A DNA stretch of 64,000 nucleotides from an uncultured Saprospiraceae bacterium (GTDB taxonomy: Bacteria > Bacteroidota > Bacteroidia > Chitinophagales > Saprospiraceae): positions 9,428-73,427 of the forward strand of contig CAYRRD010000010.1 in the NCBI GenBank assembly GCA_964426625.1. The letters are read 5' to 3'. Shown here piece after piece: positions 59,233 to 64,000 of this stretch; position 1 is the first letter of the stretch, and every line of letters begins with the position of its first letter. A program made the position numbers and the translations under genes. The notes under the pieces were generated by a model. It saw only the letters and a program-made list of their open reading frames with translations, was not told the DNA's origin and did not search any database.

Positions 59233-61299
59233 ATGAGAACATCATACATCTGTTTGTTTCTTTTAATCACAGGTTCGTATTCCTGGGCACAGGAAATTAT
59301 CTGGTCTTCCAACCGACCACAAAACACCTTGATTGAAAATTGTGGTGCGGGAGAGTTTATACTAACCAATATGGGGAACGAGGCCGTGGAAATATCCATT
59401 GACCTTAGCGGAAACTTTGACGAAGCTGATATTTCGACCGACGTATTGTCCTCCGTTAATATCCAGCCGGGGAATGCTTATACTTTTATGATAGAAGCCC
59501 TGGGGGATAATTTGACGGAGTCGAATGAACAGGTAGTCATTACGGTTACCACCGGAGACCAGACACTGCACGAGGTGACTCTGAGCCTGGAGGATGAACT
59601 TTTTCTGGAAAGCCCCTTCACCGATGATTTTTCTATTTGTCCTGGTGTTGTGTTGTTAACAGCCACCAGTAATGCCAATATTACATGGATGCCTGGCAAT
59701 GTCGTCAATGATACTTTTGAGCTGGATCTCAGGGAAGAAACCGACGTCATTCTCACGGCAAGTCAGGGTAGCTGTATGGAAAGTTTACAGTTCACAATTT
59801 CTCCGGAGATCAATGTGGTCATTGATTATCCCGCGGATACCCTGTTTTTGTGCAAAGGGGACGATCCTACTTCACTTTCGGTCACGTTGACCAATACCGA
59901 TGAGGTAAACTGGAACTCACAGGGTTTTTTGTTTGGTCAGGGTCCCAATAACTCCATAGAAATTGATCCGGAAACTTCAGGGTGGCTTTATGCAACGGTC
60001 TCTGAGGGAAATTGTACGGTAACCGATACCTTGTACGTGAGGGTGGATAGCTTGCCAATTATCCTTTTTGATACCATTCCCAATAAAGATCCGTATTGTC
60101 CGGGAGAAATAGTTACCATATATGGTATGCCATTGCAACAGGATCTATACCCGGATGTAACCTATGAATGGCGTCAGGAGAATGGAATTCTCACGGATCT
60201 TAAAAAAGCGAACCTTACATTGACGACGACTGATACCATTGCTTTTGTGCGAACATCGACGAACAATGCCTGTGTAAGTACAGATAGCGTGGTGCTCAAC
60301 GTGGAGAACCCACCCATCGAACTCAACTTTACAGATACTTTGATTTGTCCAAATCAAACCCTAGAACTGGAATTGCTCAATCCGGAATTGTTCAAGTCCT
60401 ATGAATGGGGACCTGAGGACAAGGTAAGTTGTACGGAATGTGTGAAAACACGGGTAACGGTAGCTGAGCCTACTACGATCATGCTCAATCTGGAGACAGA
60501 AAATTGTCCGACGAGTGCCAGTGTTAATATCAATGTAGAAGCGCCCCGCCAGATTGACATTGTGGGAGATGCTCCAGTATGTCCGGATGAGGAGGTGCAG
60601 TTAACCGCGTTGGATGTGAAGGATTTTGAATCTTTTTCCTGGGAAGGCGCTGTGGATTTCTCCTGTACCAGTTGTCCAAATCCTTCGGTGAGTTCGGGTG
60701 ATGTGAATGTAGTTTCGCTGGTTGCAGTGGATGAAGATGGATGTCTTGGCGTGGGGAATTTTGTTTATCAGGTATATCCTACCCCCAATGTTTCAATTGG
60801 GATCAATCCCAATATAGTGGCTCAGGGGGAGACTGTCACCGCAACACTACAGACCAACCAGACCGAAAATTTTACGGATATAGTCTGGGAAGTGAATGGA
60901 CAAATTACCGACCAAACTGGTATGATGGCCAGTTTAACGATGGATTCGGAAAACAATACGATTGTCGTCACTGCTTTGACTTCCAATGGATGTCCGGTTT
61001 CTGCTATTCTTGACGTCACGACAGAACCACCTTCATATACCATACCCAATGCCTTTACACCGAATGCCCAATCCAATAATATTTTTAGGGTTGTGACGCA
61101 CGGGAATATCACGGTGGAAAGGATGCGGATTTTCTCCCGTTGGAGTCAGTTGATTTTTACTGATGAGAGCGGTGAAGGGTGGGACGGAACCCAAAATGGG
61201 AAAAGACTTCCTTCCGATACCTACGTATATATCGTTGAGCTCATTTTGCCTGACGGTCGCCGTATTGAAGAGACCAGCGAGGTCACTTTAATTAATTAA
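59233..61299 (+). CDS. T9SS type-B sorting domain (gliding motility-associated C-terminal domain) protein with Cys-containing Ig-like repeats
   Basis: Signal peptide and repeated ~75-80-aa modules with conserved Cys pairs. C-terminal IPNAFTPN...N..F........RMRIFSRWSQLIF......GWDG...G...PSDTYVYIV matches the CHU_C/type-B CTD. Confidence 0.88.
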   Translation: MRTSYICLFLLITGSYSWAQEIIWSSNRPQNTLIENCGAGEFILTNMGNEAVEISIDLSGNFDEADISTDVLSSVNIQPGNAYTFMIEALGDNLTESNEQVVITVTTGDQTLHEVTLSLEDELFLESPFTDDFSICPGVVLLTATSNANITWMPGNVVNDTFELDLREETDVILTASQGSCMESLQFTISPEINVVIDYPADTLFLCKGDDPTSLSVTLTNTDEVNWNSQGFLFGQGPNNSIEIDPETSGWLYATVSEGNCTVTDTLYVRVDSLPIILFDTIPNKDPYCPGEIVTIYGMPLQQDLYPDVTYEWRQENGILTDLKKANLTLTTTDTIAFVRTSTNNACVSTDSVVLNVENPPIELNFTDTLICPNQTLELELLNPELFKSYEWGPEDKVSCTECVKTRVTVAEPTTIMLNLETENCPTSASVNINVEAPRQIDIVGDAPVCPDEEVQLTALDVKDFESFSWEGAVDFSCTSCPNPSVSSGDVNVVSLVAVDEDGCLGVGNFVYQVYPTPNVSIGINPNIVAQGETVTATLQTNQTENFTDIVWEVNGQITDQTGMMASLTMDSENNTIVVTALTSNGCPVSAILDVTTEPPSYTIPNAFTPNAQSNNIFRVVTHGNITVERMRIFSRWSQLIFTDESGEGWDGTQNGKRLPSDTYVYIVELILPDGRRIEETSEVTLIN

Positions 61300-61389
61300 T
61301 AATATGAGTTTATTTTTGGTCTGATTTTTGCGACTTGTACAACAACGAACCACTTGGTTGTATTGAAGGTATATATTGCAAATCAGGAA

Positions 61390-61397
61390 TATATTTG
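61390..61397 (+). promoter_or_regulatory. Bacteroidota-type -7 box (TAtaTTTG) at the start of the ORF-poor island
   Basis: Exact TAnnTTTG match ~100 nt upstream of the 58-aa ORF. Candidate TTG -33 elements lie at non-ideal spacing (61363-65, 61376-78). Confidence 0.3.
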
Positions 61398-61499
61398 GGA
61401 TAAATTTAACACTTAATTTCCTGAAAAAGTGATAACGAAAAATGCCTTGAATCGTTTTATAAAAGAACGTATCTTCTAACTCTTATTTATCTCGATCCG

Positions 61500-61676
61500 A
61501 TGCAAAAATCCAAACCACTGACCGTCCCAAAAGCCAATGAAAAAGAAGTTCTGGAGCAACTACCGCTGACAATTTCCCGCACTGTGAAAAAACACCTTGA
61601 AATGTTGACGGAGCCTTTTACAGTTCCCAATGGGTTGAATGCAAAAATTAAAAGGGTATTCAACAAACCGTCCTGA
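61500..61676 (+). CDS. Possible small protein (58 aa)
   Basis: ATG-initiated ORF below the track cutoff: MQKSKPLTVPKANEKEVLEQLPLTISRTVKKHLEMLTEPFTVPNGLNAKIKRVFNKPS. It is the only sizeable + strand ORF in the island. No family recognised. Confidence 0.3.
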   Translation: MQKSKPLTVPKANEKEVLEQLPLTISRTVKKHLEMLTEPFTVPNGLNAKIKRVFNKPS

Positions 61677-62009
61677 ACTTTCTAATTTGGTGCAAGATAG
61701 CCCCAACACGAAATAGGCATAAGGCTTGAAAATCCCGAAGCCTTACAATGGAGGTGCGTCACCAGATGAATAAAGTCCGCAGACAGTTAGAACGCAAGTA
61801 CTTTACCACACATAGGAGGGACATTCAACAGCAAAAATACGTTGGCTATTATTGATGAAAAATTAAGATTTTAAAGGTCACAGCCACGATTGGGCTAAAC
61901 CACAAATTCTATCCAGGTTGTCCATTATTAGGCTGGAAATAGGGCCAGAAGTTAGAAGATATGAATTGGGTGAGAAGAATACCCATTTCTATTCCTGACC
62001 GAAAAAGGG

Positions 62010-62330
62010 GTTTGGTCTACCAAACTTCAGAGCGCATATTTAGTTTATAGACTATCCGCACAACCACTACCCAATTGTTTCCAGGCAGGTATTGTCGAAG
62101 GTTTCATAAACTTTATTGAGTTCACGTATTCCAATCCGGTCGGTCCGCGACCACATAATGGTTTCGTAGCAGTCAATGCTGGCAGTTTGTCAAACCTTGT
62201 CGGGTCAACGACCACCCACTGGTTTCCCGACAGGCAGTGTTCCAAGTTTCTCAAACCTTGGTGGACCAGCGGCCAGCACTAACGGTCATGGGCATTGATC
62301 TTATTGGTTTGACAAACCTTGATGACCTGG
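62010..62330. repeat. Degenerate tandem repeat array (three phased 61-nt units plus two looser upstream copies) with palindromic GTTTG-N-CAAAC core
   Basis: CAAACCTTG lies at 62191, 62252 and 62313 (exact 61-nt phase). Units 62148-62208, 62209-62269 and 62270-62330 align gap-free at roughly two-thirds identity. Related palindromes lie at 62010-62025 and 62101-62111. Confidence 0.75.
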
Positions 62331-62731
62331 TACATTAAGATCATTTCTTTCCCATCTAATCTTCCCTCCGAGAATCGGCCGGGGTAAAGACCAGTGCTAT
62401 GTTTCATAAGTAATATATATTGATGAAGTGATTATTTTTTGTCGTACTTATAAAACGAAACCGAGCATAGGACGACAGGCCTACATGAGGCTTTTTGTGA
62501 TGAAGGTACGGCGAAAAGAAGCCGTCATAAGTGTAAAGTGCTTATGAAATAGCATTAGATGGGGATAAGTGGAATGCGTATTCGCGTAGAAAAAACATAG
62601 CAATTCACCTAAAAAATATACTGTCCGATCAGCAGACACGCCCAAATCAAATCAGAAAAATATTTGACATCAAACCTTCCTCTTGTTTTTCTTTTTACCG
62701 CTCAATGCCCCGTTTTTTGACGAAATTCTGA

Positions 62732-62739
62732 TATATTTG
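62732..62739 (+). promoter_or_regulatory. Bacteroidota-type -7 box (TAtaTTTG) upstream of the ECF sigma gene
   Basis: Exact TAnnTTTG match 24 nt upstream of ATG 62763. The upstream TTTG at 62716-62719 is closer than the canonical spacing. Confidence 0.3.
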
Positions 62740-62762
62740 AGAATGAGAGATCGATAAAGACA

Positions 62763-63335
62763 ATGGATTTTTCTAAAGATGAAAGGGTTTTACTATTTCA
62801 AAGAATAGCTCAAGGCGATTCCGTAGCATTTGAGCAGGTTTATGAAATGTACAGGCATGGACTCTTTGGGATTGCGTTTAAATTGACAAAATCGAAATCT
62901 GTCTCTGAGGACATCGTGCAGGATGTTTTCAAGGATCTTTGGAACGGCAAGCACAATCTTGCCAGTGTGCAGGAACCGTCCTCCTATATCTTTTCTATTA
63001 CTTATCGAAAATCCTTTCAGTATTTAAAACAAGTTTCGCAGGATCGTCTCCTATTTGCAGAACTGAAAAGTAACCTTAAGTCTCTCGCCTATTTTGATGA
63101 CAAGCTACTGGAAGTAGAGGAATTGAAAGAGATTCTTCAAAAAATCATTGAGGAGCTTCCTCCCCGCAGGCAACTAATTTTTAAAATGAGTCGGGAGAAA
63201 GGATTAAGTTATGAGGAAATCGCTATAAAACTGAATATTTCCCCACTGACTGTGAAAAAGCAGATGACGCTTGCATTACAAGCGATTCGGATGAATCTGG
63301 CCCACGTTTCCTCTGGGTTTAAAAGATTTTTATAA
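62763..63335 (+). CDS. ECF-type RNA polymerase sigma-70 factor
   Basis: Region 2 (DIVQDVFKDLW) and region 4 HTH (LSYEEIAIKLNISPLTVKKQM). 190 aa, followed by a FecR-like gene. Confidence 0.9.
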   Translation: MDFSKDERVLLFQRIAQGDSVAFEQVYEMYRHGLFGIAFKLTKSKSVSEDIVQDVFKDLWNGKHNLASVQEPSSYIFSITYRKSFQYLKQVSQDRLLFAELKSNLKSLAYFDDKLLEVEELKEILQKIIEELPPRRQLIFKMSREKGLSYEEIAIKLNISPLTVKKQMTLALQAIRMNLAHVSSGFKRFL

Positions 63336-63401
63336 AAAAATCCATCCTCGAATACTCCCTTTTCTCTTTTCCCAACACTATTCGGATACCAGTGGATATG
63401 T

Positions 63402-64000
63402 ATGTGGCAGTTGACTGCTAATAATAAAGATGAATCTATGAAAGATGATTTGGAATATATCAACCGTCTATTCGGCAAGTATATTCAAGATGAAATTTCT
63501 GAGGAAGAACTAGAAATCCTTTTCAAGCTCATTAAAGACTGTGATTTCGAGAATTTTGTTCCAGAAAAGGAGATTGTAAAATATTTTGGGAACGAAATGG
63601 AGGATATCATCGGTGAGGATAATTCGTCCAAACCAAAGGAAGGAAGGGTGTTCCAGCTCTATACGAAAAAGATAGCCTATGTGGCAGCTGCCATTCTGCT
63701 AATTGTGGTTTCGGGGATCTATCACCGTTTGTCGGATCGATACGAGAATAATATGGGTCAAGAACTGGTTCAGTCTGTTGAACCTCTCGATGTCATGCCC
63801 GGACAAAACTTTGCTGTATTAACTTCTTCCAGGGGGGAGAGTATCATTTTATCGGAAACAGACGACGGTCAAATAGATACTGGAGAAGATGTCGACATTG
63901 TAAAGGTCAACGACGGAGAATTAATTTATACCTCACAGGGAAAAGCTGAACCTGACGAAATGATCTATAACACACTTTCCACACCCAGGGGAGGACAGTA
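63402..64000 (+). CDS. FecR family anti-sigma factor / transmembrane sensor (3'-truncated by window end)
   Basis: Open frame to the window edge, not in the ORF track. It has RLFGKYIQDEISEEELEILFKLI, one TM (IAYVAAAILLIVVSGIY), VMPGQNFAVLTSSRGESIILSE and YNTLSTPRGGQ, all typical FecR motifs. An alternative start lies at 63438. Confidence 0.85.
   Translation, partial: MWQLTANNKDESMKDDLEYINRLFGKYIQDEISEEELEILFKLIKDCDFENFVPEKEIVKYFGNEMEDIIGEDNSSKPKEGRVFQLYTKKIAYVAAAILLIVVSGIYHRLSDRYENNMGQELVQSVEPLDVMPGQNFAVLTSSRGESIILSETDDGQIDTGEDVDIVKVNDGELIYTSQGKAEPDEMIYNTLSTPRGGQ

Noticed and set aside
61772-61780. RNase P RNA suggested by AAAGTCCGC (CR-I-like) and a nearby ATAGGAGGGA
   Set aside because: Only a short partial match. 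The other universally conserved blocks (for example the ACAGAAnCCGGCTTA-like CR-V region and GGTAACGCC) are absent from the island.
62045-62254. 69-aa minus-strand ORF in the island as a real gene
   Set aside because: It consists of the tandem repeat units. Neighbouring units carry the same 20-aa pattern only in other frames (one unit is 61 nt), so no continuous repeat protein is encoded. At best it is a pseudogene relic.
62148-62330. CRISPR array interpretation of the 61-nt repeats
   Set aside because: Only 3 phased units (5 counting loose copies) are present. The repeat-like portion is only about 70 percent identical between units, where bona fide arrays have near-identical repeats. No cas genes lie within the window. 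I kept it only as a remote eroded-array possibility.
62010-62330. Type III toxin-antitoxin (ToxI-like RNA repeats) or integron attC array
   Set aside because: No ToxN/AbiQ-like endoribonuclease or integron integrase gene is adjacent. The palindromes do not fit the attC R''/R' cores (RYYYAAC/GTTRRRY), and no cassettes lie between them.

Overview
This window looks like a chromosomal, mostly housekeeping segment of a Bacteroidota genome. Supporting markers are a type III glutamine synthetase, a PorP/SprF protein, a T9SS type-B (gliding-motility) C-terminal sorting domain protein, an ECF sigma/FecR pair, many lipoprotein signals and TAnnTTTG-type -7 boxes. I call about 57 protein-coding genes. 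The ORF track starts each ORF at the first ATG/GTG/TTG, so I trimmed several N-termini to better-supported ATGs.

Recognisable units:
- a compact menaquinone operon, menC-menE-menF-menD-menB-menA (36.5-43.0 kb)
- lutABC
- glnK-amt, plus a separate GSIII gene
- a LemA-TPM-TPM triad
- an OmpR/PhoR-like two-component pair
- ribBA with two GT4 glycosyltransferases
- a lipoprotein-SCO-cytochrome c trio

I found no rRNA, tRNA, bona fide CRISPR array, transposase or integrase.

The one clearly atypical stretch is a ~1.46 kb ORF-poor island (61300-62762) between the T9SS cargo gene and the ECF sigma gene. It contains a 58-aa ORF. It also holds a phased 61-nt degenerate tandem repeat with a GTTTG-N-CAAACCTTG palindromic core, and a set of nested, mutually exclusive hairpins. 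I cannot assign it to any known RNA or protein family from sequence alone, and it is my best candidate for something undescribed.

Secondary curiosities are an S24 LexA/CI-like repressor with an overlapping small ORF, an HhH-beta-barrel fusion, a DnaQ-GIY-YIG fusion and an orphan propeller-LytS-type kinase.
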